Shown piece after piece: positions 42,031 through 54,244 of a stretch of 64,000 bases of DNA. This DNA is from Mytilus trossulus (taxonomy: Eukaryota). The position numbers and the translations under genes are program-made. Each line of letters begins with the position of its first letter. Position 1 is the first letter of the stretch. The stretch spans positions 50,654,001 through 50,718,000 of the forward strand of contig NC_086380.1 in NCBI RefSeq assembly GCF_036588685.1, in the 5' to 3' direction. Under the pieces are notes generated by a model. That model was given only the letters and a program-made list of their open reading frames with translations, did no database searches and had not been told where the DNA came from.

Positions 42031-43406
42031 GTTTGAATTGTTTTACATTAATATTGTCATATCGGGGCCTTTTATAGCTGACTATGCAGTATTGGCTTTG
42101 CTCATTGTTGAAGCCCATATTTTTGTCTCTTGTGGACAGTTGTCTGATTGGCAATCATACCACATCTTCTTTTTTTTTTTTTATATATAACAATATCATT
42201 AGTGGTTCCCCTTTAGCAGCTTATATCTACAGTTTTAACATTTGAAATAAGTTTTTTTGAAGAATATTATATTTTTTTCACATAAAAATAGACTGTCCAT
42301 TTCAAACATACTTTTTAAGACAACTAATTTCTTTCAATGGCCACTTTTGTCCTAGCTTACAAAATTGGAATCAACCATATTTCCTATTTTCAATCATTTG
42401 GTTTGACCTTATGGTTGTACAGTCACAAACAAACTAAAATTGGAAGAACAAGGATGTGTCCAAAGTACACGGATGCCCCACTCGCACTATAATTTTCCAT
42501 GTTCAATGGACCATGAAATTGGGTAAAAAATCTAATGTGGCATAAAAATTAGGAATATCATACCATAGGAAACATGTGTACTAAGTTTCAAGTTGATTGG
42601 ACTTCAACATCCTCAAAAACTACCTTGACCGAAAAATCTAACCTGAAACTCACACTTTCATTTTCAATATCTCAACACCATAACTTCTGAACTGTTAAGG
42701 TAAAATTGCCTCTATTGAACTAGACATCCATTTTGTCATCAGTAGCAACATTTTTGAAAAAAACTTTTTTTTTTGTCAAATGTATTACATTTAAGAGACA
42801 TTTATAAACTTAAACAATCTATTCTTTTTAAACTAACAAAAGTAATGGGAATTGTATCATATAAAATCTGCTTCAATGGTTTCAAGTTCAATGTTCAGTT
42901 GAATAACATTACCTTTGTCTATCAAGGTGATCTTTCTACTTTTTGTTCAGCAGATCTTTTTAACAGCATCTTTTATTTTATACATTTCTATTTTAAGTTT
43001 CATGCATATGTTACAAGGATTTATATTCTTTGTCTAAAAGATCAAAAGTATTATAAGGTAAATGAGATTTTTCAATCAGATATGACAAGGTTTTGGATTT
43101 GAATAGCCTGCATCACTCATCTGTAATATTTTGAGTATCAATGATAATATTTTTGCTATTTAATGATTACAAATATGCACACGCTGTTTTCATTTTCTTG
43201 AAATTATAGTTTTAACAAATGAATAGGAACATTTGTCGAACGGCAAATCATTAGAATTGTTTTTGACAAATGTTGGAATTAAAATAGCTACACTTTAACA
43301 TGTCAGTGTTGCAAATATTGAAAGACAGTTATCCACGCATGACTGAAGGAACATGGGCTAAACAATCTCTATAGAAAAGAGATGTGCCAATGCTAATACA
43401 ACTACT

Positions 43407-43843
43407 GGTCTGAGAACACAATTAAGTCGTAGTGCATTTCTTTTAGAACATAGATGAAAATTGAAAAAATCCCACCTGCGCTTTCTCAATGAAATTTTTA
43501 CAGTGTGTTGTACTACTTTTGGGACAAATTATATCAAAATTATAGAAAACTTCATCGCCTCTAACTCAAAATATGGACAATTTTGTGTTTAGGGTGTCTT
43601 AAAATCTTTTAACAGCTTCCAAATTGCTAATTTTTAACCTTTTTTCAGCTGGACCAAATCACTACTTTCTTGTAAAATTCTGGACCCAAATTTTTTACAG
43701 TGTAATTTCACCCCCTACTTACAATTTGAGTCATTAAACATGGAGAAATAAACTTGGAAGGGGTATAAAAATTATTTGCAAGTAACCCACTGTTAACACT
43801 AGGGACTATATTAATCAAGGGACGACAATTGTGGTCTCGGACC
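43407..43843. mobile_element. MITE with 17-bp imperfect TIR and 4-bp TSD (TACT)
   Basis: ggtctgagaacacaatt...aattgtggtctcggacc; tact at 43403-43406 and 43844-43847. Confidence 0.8.
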
Positions 43844-43983
43844 TACTTACCAAATCCCATTGACTTATCACAAGTAGTTGCCTTTAAACAAATCTAAACA
43901 CAAACTAATACATGTAAACTAAGCAAAATTTCAAAGTCAATATTCTTCTGACAGAAATAAAAGAGAAGCAAAAACAGACAAAC

Positions 43984-44459
43984 CTGAATCAAAGTTGGAT
44001 GGTCTGTGTATCAAAGTGCATGTAATAGTGACATGAATTAGACTTGGTACATGTACATCAAGGTGTTGCAAGGTGATTGGATGAACATTGTCACATAAAT
44101 ATTTTAGGATTGATGATCTTTGCTCCTAAGTAAAATTCCTAGTTTTATCAGCATAGTCTTCACAACTATTCGCGGGGTCTCCTACTTTTGGCATTAATTT
44201 AATGTAGTTGAACAATTTTGAATATATTTCAAAATATCGAGATGCATATTGCCTCTATCCAGCATTAATTTTGAAAATTCGCCGTTAGTAAATTTCTGTG
44301 CTTGATCTGACGTTTTTTCGGGACAACATAAGAGGTGTTTGTGTTGTTTGTCCTTTGTTGATGAGTTTCATCAATCTTTTGTACATTAGTTGATTTTGTT
44401 TCAGAATTGTCTTTTCTTTTAGGAGGTTCCTCTTTACATAAATTTCTGATGATTTCCAC
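43984..44459 (-). pseudogene. Decayed exon with a USP-type Cys-box-like motif (NFQN*CWIEAICISIF)
   Basis: tttgtAG acceptor and GT donor; N-x2-N-x-C-W at 44259-44279; several stops and frameshifts. Confidence 0.4.
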
Positions 44460-47289
44460 CTACAAATAAATTTAGATCTTTACATACATTAAAATTGTAG
44501 AAAAAAATTTAGAAACGTTAAATGGAACAAACATTATAATGATAGTTTATGACTGAATATAGATCTTTACAAATCTTTAGGTTGTAATAGTGATGTTGGG
44601 TTTCCTCTCTTCTTCATTCAAACCCACATACAAGTTTACAAGTTACATCTTCATACTCTGAACATAATGCAAATCATCTGAGAAATAAATATTGTTGAAG
44701 CGCAGCAAAATGTGAAGTATACATTGTATCAACAGAATTTATGAGAAAGTTTTAAGTTTTAAGAATTTTCAATTATGAAAATAATGCAAAGTTCATTTCT
44801 GTAATCTGAATGTTATTCTTCTCTTGTGTGATTTTTTCATAATGTTGAGCTTCAATATACATAATATATAGATTTGAAAACAATATCTACATTTATTTCA
44901 GTGTTTTTTTTTTTTACTCTGTAAATGTTATATAATAACAATTTCTTACATATTTAAAGAGGTTAACATCGTAAGCTGTAGGACTGTTTTTTCCTGAGGC
45001 CCATAAGAATATACATGTATTACTTAGGTGTACACACATTTTTATATCAATTTGTAGTCCTTATTCAGCTCTTTCATTTCAAAGATTAGTGCAAGAAAAC
45101 TTTAAAGTTCATACCAAACTACATGTACATTATCATATCATTCACACTACCTTGGTAGCTATTTTAATTACTTTATTCTGCCATTAGCACGAAAATTGCT
45201 TGAGGTAGATGTGCAGAGCTCACAATTTTTCACATTCACACTGTTATCATTTGTCACTGTACATGTACAATTTATAGCCTCTGAAAAAAAAATCTATAGT
45301 ATTATCATTTACATCTACTTTACATACCTAGTACGCACATACAAATATTTTGAACATAGGCTAGCTGAATATATAAAATATACACATAACCGTCACACTA
45401 TAAAAGATAAACATGATAAAGACATTGACGGACATCCATCTCTTAGTTAGGGTTTATTTTATCGGCTTCGATAAAAAAGCGATTTGTATAGAGTTTTGCT
45501 ATTTTGCCGGTCTTATTAAGACAAACAATTTTACGAACAAGTAAGAACATCCTGACCTCAAATGTTGATGTGCTTGAAGAAAACCTCACATATAAAATGA
45601 CAATACAAGTATTAATGGACAAAACAAGCATATAAACTGTTTACTGAGTCACATCTGACCTGATATCTCAAAATAAAATTCCAATCAAGAAGGTCAGTGT
45701 TCCTTATACAGAATGCACGATATCAACTGGTGATGAAAGACCAAGCAAACAAAAAAGATGCACGAAGAGTGGGTCCAAGGATGGGTGTTGCAGCAATGAA
45801 TAATTAAACAAACATATGAAAATCTGGTCTACTTAATACAATTTTCAAAAGTATAATCCTTTTTATTAAATCTTAAAGTCTCAGTTAATGAATATGTGAA
45901 TTAACATTAAATAAGTCGTTTTTTTCTAAACTCTCATAATACACAGTAAATAAATTAGTGCCATATTACTTTAAAGATATAAAGGTCAATTCTTAAAGGT
46001 CAAAGACTATGAATTTAGTTTTTTTCTGAATTACGAATTATCTAAAAAGAATTTATGTAATTTATTCTGTAAGTGTTATTACATTAAATAGTACTATACC
46101 AAAATAAAACAAACTGCTTAAAGTAAAAAATCAGAAATATTCTTAACTTTGTATGTAAAAAGTCTTAAAACTCTGTAAACTTCCCATGTCAAAGTAAAAA
46201 AACTGTAAACTTCCCATGTATAAAGTCATTAAAACTTAAAGATCCTAATGTAAATAGTGAACATAAGGTTGTTGTGTTAGGATTGTTAATTAAGTTTTCC
46301 GTTTATTATTTGGTGGTGGAACTGTTCGACATACGAAAGTATGGTTATCCTTTATCTAGTCGAAGAAATCTCACCTAGTAGCCACATATATCATGTGTGT
46401 TCATGATAATTTTTTTCAATAAAATGTATTTCATATAGTCCGGAGCCGGCAACATAGCCACTGCCTTTTACCTACCTTGCTTTCGATCGGTAGTTATATC
46501 CTGCATTCCTTGTTTACCTTTATATGTATTAGTCCATATGGACTGGTGTGAAGCCTCATATAAAATCAAACTAGTTGTTATATTGTATAAAACAGAATCC
46601 CGGTCCATTAGCCCTTATTCATGTTCTATCTAGTACATGTTTGCCCTGATTATTATGTTTTGTTGTTGTCTAGTTGCATAATGTTTATTATTAGAACAAA
46701 GTATATTTAAGTTTGTTGACAAACAATCGGTGAATATTTGTATTGACGCAACCAATTAATTATTTTCCTGTGATTTGCATAGACGAATTCTGGAATACAA
46801 TGTATATCTTTATTGATATTTATTACCAATTTGATCTATTCAATCAATTTATGCATGCAGTAAAATAATAAATGACCTTTCGATAAAATATCCAAATTTC
46901 CTGATCTTTTGTAAACATATATGAAATTGTTTCACATTCAATCCAGTCACTCACTAATCCCCACTGTTACGTATATTTTAGACACGAAAAAATTTAATGA
47001 AATTAAAAATGTTTTTTCTTTCTTAATAAGTTAAGGTAGGCTGTAGTATCTATTCGAAATAACATCAAACATGTGATCCAAACTTTAATTAGAAAGAAAC
47101 AGATATTACAGTCATTCTTTAAACATTGTTCAAGTATAGATTTCAATTCTTGAAACTTGTACGCACAACTTACAAATTGTGCCCGAAGCGCTAGCCTGAC
47201 CACTACTACCTAGTCTCTAGACAAATTTTACCAAATATTGAATTTGAATATATAAAAATAAATCGATGAATTATTGTCTTCCTACTTAC

Positions 47290-47862
47290 CAATTGATAAT
47301 TGACATTTTACATTTAATTTAGAAGCGACAGAGTTATCCGGTCATTCAAGGGTTTCCTAGAATCCTATCTCTCTTGGTCTATCCATAGTCCAAAACCAAT
47401 TCTATATCTTTCGGTATATTAACTTTAGACACCAAGAAAAGTTTCTCACAACTTTTTCCTTTTAAATTATCATGCACCACAGAAATAAGTTTAAAACTCG
47501 AAAACTGTTACGAATGATTGAAATATCGTGCTTAATTTTCCTCTTAATTAAACAAAACTCCACGCTTATCCTTTTAGAATCTAACACTAAATTCGTTACA
47601 GGATCAAATACTGCTACTGGGGGCAAATTTTTTTCTGTATATTCCTTCTCGCGATCTTCATTTTCGGAACTTGTTCGGCGATGAAGGTCAACCGCCTCAG
47701 TTCAAACATTTACGTATCCAAGGTATATATCTTCAAATCAGTTCTTTTAACTGCAATGACAGACGACTTCAATGATTTGACAAAATCCTCAATATATAGA
47801 ATAACTACCAACACGTCCCTTTGATGGCGATTTATTACTTTTTATTCGGGATTCTTAGGCAT
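47290..47862 (-). pseudogene. First exon: decayed SET-domain lysine methyltransferase (PR-Set7/SETD8-like)
   Basis: One frame reads ARYFNHS*QFSSFKLISVVHDNLKGKSCEKLFLVSKVNIPKDIELVLDYG (47382-47531), giving the NHS and ELxxDYG SET motifs with correct spacing; upstream EDREKEY; ATG at 47862; GTAAGT donor at 47289. Confidence 0.75.
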
Positions 47863-47976
47863 TTAGCGTGACGGTTTTCAACACTTATGTACTTGATTAA
47901 CTCGACGTTCATAGTAAACTAATACACAGTTTAATTGAAATGTCAAATTTAATTTAGTCATTGTATGTCGAAAAGT

Positions 47977-47982
47977 TTATAC
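47977..47982 (-). promoter_or_regulatory. Candidate TATA box upstream of the SET exon
   Basis: TATAAA on the minus strand about 115 nt upstream of the ATG; weak evidence in AT-rich DNA. Confidence 0.25.
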
Positions 47983-48967
47983 AGTGCTGGTATCGATTGT
48001 TAAGTCGACGCAAATATATATGAACCATTATGAATAACAAACAGAGGATGGGTTTATGAAGTCATCCCGTTAGTTTTGCCGTAATACAATTTGTGACCAC
48101 AAAAGATCTATACAGCTCCATTAAAATCTTTCAGACATTAATGAAACTCTTAACTTGAGGCACGAACACATACATTTTGTATAAAAGGTGACATTGTGAC
48201 AATTGCCAAACCTTTTAGAATACGTATTAACATTTGTACCTCCCTTTTAACGCTTTGTCAACACTTTGAGTCCGTTCGTTCGTCCATCCGTCTGTCGTCC
48301 ATAGATCTCTCAACTTTAAACATTTTGTCTTCTCCACTAAAACAACTACATGTAGAGAAAAATGGAAATAAACTAAGCAGTAAGTCTTTCATATAATTTG
48401 CCCATTCTGACCAGATGGCCAATCGTTGTTACTAATTAACTGACCAAATTGCAATGGCTTCCGTTAAATTTACGAAGGGATGATTTCAACTTCACCATTT
48501 GGAACTCTTGTTTTAATAGCTTCCTTTATTAACAATTGGTTGAGGCAAACTCAATGTTGACAAGGGAAACGACAGAATTATCACTTTTCCATTAATAAAG
48601 GACTTAACCTATGAACTTATGAACTGTAAAAGTGACGCTCTTCAATTACAAGTTTGATTGTGTTTTGTGGTAAAAAGTATAACGTATAAATATTGTAACA
48701 TTTGGTCAAATTGTTTCAGCGAATAAGACTTTTTATTTAAAACAGCAACAGGTGCAACCTAAGGGGAAAATCTCACATTCTAGTGTGGGTCAGGTGTGCT
48801 AAACATCTGTGAAAATGATTTTTAATCAGAAATCATAAATTACTAAAAAATGATAATTACTAATTCAACGAATTTAAACCGTTCTAACCAATTAAATAAT
48901 TCGTTATCACAAATTACAAAAAATGTTTTGCACTTTTTTTACACAAAAAAAACCCTATTTTTCCGGG

Positions 48968-49006
48968 CAGACGCGCGTTTCGTCTACATAAGACTCATCA
49001 GTGACG
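48968..49006 (-). ncRNA. Hammerhead ribozyme core with truncated stem I
   Basis: CTGATGA/GAAA/GTC core intact; 3' strand of stem I is lost. Confidence 0.7.
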
Positions 49007-52000
49007 TTCGTATCAAAATATTTATCAATCCAAACAAGTATCGGACACGTTACTAGATACCCCAATTATGATTGTGGCCAAGATTGGTTAAATTTGGCCC
49101 AGTAGTTTCAGAGGAGAAGATTTTTGTAAAAATTGACGGACGACGGACGCAGGACGAATGACGCCAAGTGATGAGAAAAGCTCACTTAGCCCTTCGAAGC
49201 ATGCTATCGCTGTTTTCATTTTGAGCTAAACTGCAAACCCTTTGTTATGTTATAGCAAAATTATTGAAATTAAATCAAACATCACTATAGTGATCGCCCT
49301 TATGTCCGCGTCTCACTGTCCTGATTTTTACGCCGATGGCAACTCGATTATGGAAATTTTCTAAATCGGGACTAATCGTTTCCAGATCGGGCTATTCGTG
49401 GTGCCATCTTTAACCATCGTAGAACCATTGGTCACTTTTTCAAACCTCCTGGGACAACTTCGGAAAAGGTTTTTAATTTTTAACATGTTCGTAATCTCGT
49501 CGTGTTGCCATCGAATACAAGTAAGAAGGCGAAAAGATGGAACTACGACGGCATTAAATCCAGCAAAATGTAAGCTTAATTTTCGCGCTAAAATACATTT
49601 TAAGTGCCATGCGCGATATGCACAGCTGGTCAGTCTAAGACCACAATTAAAAAAGACGTTCACAAAAAATGGAACTCATATCATATGATTCTATGAGATT
49701 CTAACAAAAACAGGGAACTGCATTGTTTCTATTATTTCAAATAGAACAAGAAGAGCAGCTATTACAGGCTCAGGATTTACATTTACAAGTATTATAATAT
49801 TTTTTGTCAATTTTTCATATCAAGTAACATAATGAAAATCATAAATGCGCCTCGTACACCAACACTGCAGGTACATGTATATAGGGAAACCAACTTTTTC
49901 TTCGTTATTCTGATTATTTATGTATCGTTTGAGTTGTTGTCACACGAATGTTTACTCCATAACCATTTTGTTTTCTATATGTCATATTTTGTCGCATTTG
50001 ATGATTTCCCCACATCCTTCCGTGTGTCTATATCATAATGATATTCAACTGGAAAGAGCTCGTTTTGCATTACCTTACCTTTAAGATAGACCAGAAAACA
50101 TGGGCATAAGTATGGGTGATTATTCAGACTAGTAGACACATTTTACAGTTTAAACAAGGCAATGCCGAGCCTGGCATGTCCTCGTATATCACATATTGGG
50201 GACAAATATGGACACTATATGTGTATATGACACATGCAGAAAATTGTAAATTGAACGTAAAAAATATCAGATCATTACAAGGAGGAAGAACATACCAAAT
50301 GTGTTTTGAAGCATAATGGTTTTAGAGTGTCCACAAGGGTGATATTGCCATGTATTACAACTGCCACTGTGACCTTGACCTTTGAACTTTAAAGTCAATA
50401 GTGCTTAAGATTTTCTTAACGAGTAACACCATACCAAGTTTTGAGCATTTTTGTTCTAGAGTGTCCATAACAGTTAATCTACACGCAACTTGCATGTAGT
50501 AGGCGAGGGGACAATAAACTAAGTTTCATAAGAATTAGACAAAAAGATCGATTTCCCCCATGCATGGCAGCCTTGTACAGATACGATATGTTGTCGAAAT
50601 TATGTTCGTACCATAAAAAAATCAAAACAGGTAGAACGCCGTTTTGATCGTTTTCATACATGTATTATGTACATACATGTATTTTACCTTTATGTATCTT
50701 GTTTGTTTTCGCACCATCGTTGTAATCAATCGTGTAGCATTCGTAATCCATCGTGTACATAGCCTTCGTGATCCATCGTGTAGGCTTCGGCTGAGATATG
50801 AAGCTTAAATACACGTCGTCGGTAACCTTCAAATGTCCATCTTTTGCTATCATATATAATTTCGGCACCATCGTATAGACTTCGTTATTCATCGTTCTTG
50901 CTTCGGTCTCTTTTTGGTATTTTAACGAGATCGGGAACAACTTCATACGAACTTAAAATTTTCCCATTCGGGTGTCCATCGTATATAATAATCGGTATAG
51001 TGTGACGCAGGCATTAATAAAAGAGGGAAGAAAGATACCAAAGGAACATTCAAATTCATAAATCGAAAAAAGTGACAACGCCATGGCTAAAAATGAAAAA
51101 GACAAACTGACAAAAAAAATACACACGACACAACATATAAAACTGAATAATAAGCAACACGAACCCCACCAAAAACATTAACTTGATGTATTTCAGAGAT
51201 TGGTTGATTGCTTGGAGGTTAACGCCTTTTTTGGGAAATATTGGACTATTTAGTGGCAAAGGCGGGTCCAAGTAGGACCTTTTGTATGACAATTTGGTTG
51301 ATTATATAGGGAATGACCGAAGCATGATTGCCCCCCCCCCCCTTTTTTTTTTGCTCAGCCAGCGGCCTGTCCCTAATAAAAACTATAAAAAATGAAGATG
51401 TGGTATGATTGTCCATGTAACATCTTATATATAACATAAAGACACTAAGTACAGATGTGAGAGTACTTGCAGTTACTGAAAATCATTTCAAAGCCACTGG
51501 TATATTTCGGCCCTTTTATTTATGTAATTGTGTCATGAAACCCTTACTGAATAACTTGAAGCTAAAGATCGCTCTTTCTTACGTACATGTACAACCGTTT
51601 ACATCATTTCTTAAATTCCAAACTAAGAAAATATTCAGTTGACGATCGCACTTTCCTACCTTCCGTGCAAGTTTAATATTTCAAAGTCTTTAACTTGCAC
51701 AATAATGCAGTGATCATGCAATTACTACCCAGAAAGAGTATTCTCAAATAAAGAGCGAACTTAAGCAGAATTTAACAAGAAAGATAATGATGTGTAACTA
51801 TTGAAGTTGGAAATTGAAAGAGAGTTGGATGAAAAATGCGGAAAGCAAACATTATCTGAATATTTTATTTTGTCAAAATTAATGTCCATTGCTAAAATAA
51901 ATTTAAGTTGTTAAAATGTAAACGTATTTTTTCTCTTGACGAAAAAAACGTTATTCATAACGAAATGTTCCTTCCGATTAAAACAAAAAAGGAGGTTTTT

Positions 52001-53632
52001 GTAGAAAAAACATACAAACAAACTATCGCTGTGTTCATTCTTAACAGAACTCTAAACCAGAGATTTAAACGGTTAAAACCAAATCAAACATATTTAACCA
52101 ATGATCGCCCATCACTTTTAAAATGTATAGGATAGTTTTATAGATTTGCTTTAAAGATAACGACTTTAAAATTACAGATACGAATACACGATTTATATCT
52201 TGTTATTCTATCATAAATTCCCATACGAATGACATTCCTTTTGTCGAACACTACACATTGTGACACAGAGTGAGACAAAGGTTGAAATAATACATAGAAA
52301 CATGAAAATATATCGCTGTCTTCATTTTTATAAGCAGAACGTCACAAGAAAGATAATGATGTGTGTTAAAGTTGGAAAAGGCAGAATACCAAAATATTCA
52401 TAATGTAATCATCCTGACATAAACTATTCTCTAGGTAAAAATTAAGTTGTTGATTGATCTTTTGTACGTTAAAGTAAATTAATATTCACTTGCAAACAAA
52501 AAACCCAATCACACTAAGTTTTTTTTTTCAATTATGACATAGAAAAAAGATTATTAGCAAAAACAAGAAAAACATATCGCTGTCTTTGTTATTAGAACAA
52601 CTCCATATCGAACGTTTAGCCGCAAACATAGATAAAACCCGATCGCCTTTCCTATCATTAAAAATAGGATAGTGATGTGCATCAAAGAAAAAAAGCTGCA
52701 AAAATGATCTTTTTTATGTTATTGTGTTATAAACCTTTTACTGACGAAATATTGGCCGTAAATAGCTCTTTCCTACCCACAACCGTTAATTATGTCACAA
52801 ACTTCATACTTAGAAGAAAATTTAAGTTGACGATCGCTCTTTCCCACCTTCACGCCTTCGATTTAGTGTCATTTTCACTTGAATAAAAAATTAAACTAAT
52901 AAAAGTTGACAAAAAAACCAACAAGAAGCTCTCAAGAACTTGAATCTTTCACCTGTAATTCTTTTATCTATGATTTTTGTTTGTTTTTCAATATAGTACA
53001 TTAATCAATGACTTAAAATTTCCTTTGAAATGATCTTTGTATCTGTCTTATTTTCTTCAAAATCAAAGAAATGCACTTTACCCATATGTTCCATTTTAGT
53101 CCTAGATGCTATGGTTCTTGACAAAGAAATTAAATATAAAATTTATAGTAGATACTTTGAAACGCATTCGGCCCAAGTTTGGCTGAAATTGTTTCAGCAG
53201 TTTCAAAGGAGCAGATTCTTTAAAGTAAGCAAATTAAATGAACAAATTGTGATTTTTTTAAAAGGGCAATAATACCTTTAGGGGAAAATTGACAATATTG
53301 GTCATTGAACTTATTTGTAGATAGAACTTTGTTTGAAATAGTATACACTAGACGCACGACGATGACAGACGGAAACGACGACGACAGACGGAGTCGATGA
53401 ACGCCAAGTAATGGCTAAAAAAAGAAACAGATATTTCTGTCTGCGTTATAAAAATAACTTGATATCGAATTAATATTGATATATATATATTAATAACAAT
53501 CGCCCTTTCCATCATTCACAATATGACGTAGAGATGCATCAAGAAAAAAAAGCTGAAAAGGTGGAGTGCCAAAATGATCAATGTTCTTCAACTGCGTACT
53601 TTATTTGGGCTTTTAAACATTTTTGAATTAGA

Positions 53633-53676
53633 GCGTCACTGATGAGTCTTTTGTAGACGAAACGCGCGTCTGGCGT
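53633..53676 (+). ncRNA. Type I hammerhead ribozyme (retrozyme fragment)
   Basis: gcgtca-CTGATGA-gtct(tttgt)agac-GAAA-cgcgcg-TC-tggcgt. Confidence 0.85.
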
Positions 53677-53966
53677 ATATACTAAATTTAGTCCTCTATG
53701 ATAAGTTTATATGATGTTATTGAGAAATGACCCCACCTCCCCCCCCCCTCCCCCCGCCCCACTGACAGACTTACATTGTACATTTAAAGATCGCACTTTC
53801 CTACCTACTTCTTTTTAAATTCTGTCATAATGTTTTTTTTTAGTATTCAAGTTACCGATCGCTCTTTCTAGACCATCTAGACTGAATTAATAATTTAGCT
53901 TCCGGTGGCCTAGTACTTGTTCTAAAAAAGATCAAATTGGTAAATATGTATATATATATATATATA

Positions 53967-54238
53967 CAACTCGTCTAAACATCAACCCAACAATGTTAGA
54001 TCTGTAAATTTGCATTCGCAAATCTTCTGTTCTTCCCTCGCCGGGATTCGAACCCATGCTACTGTGATATCGTGACACCAAATCGCCTGCACTGCGGCCG
54101 TCCCGTTAGACCACACGGCCACATGGGCTCTACAAAAATAAAGCTTTCAGTGGCCGTGTGTTACCTTTCCTCGTCAGTTTTAATCTAGCGTCGTACTACA
54201 GTACATGATATATAAGGCATGGAGATGTTATTGTTACT
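53967..54238 (-). mobile_element. tRNA-derived SINE-like element with a 5' extension and a (TA)n tail
   Basis: Minus-strand A box TGGCCGTGTGG (54111-54121) and B box GGTTCGAATCC (54044-54054); no canonical cloverleaf; (TA)n at 53949-53966. Confidence 0.75.
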
Positions 54239-54244
54239 TATATA

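Noticed and set aside
24000-48400. Assigning the block to Helentron, Polinton/Maverick or a herpes-like virus
   Set aside because: No Rep/helicase, pPolB, integrase, capsid or terminal structure is visible, so the class is left unassigned
54035-54130. tRNA gene
   Set aside because: A and B boxes are present, but there is no proper cloverleaf or T-run terminator; the body and TA tail indicate a SINE
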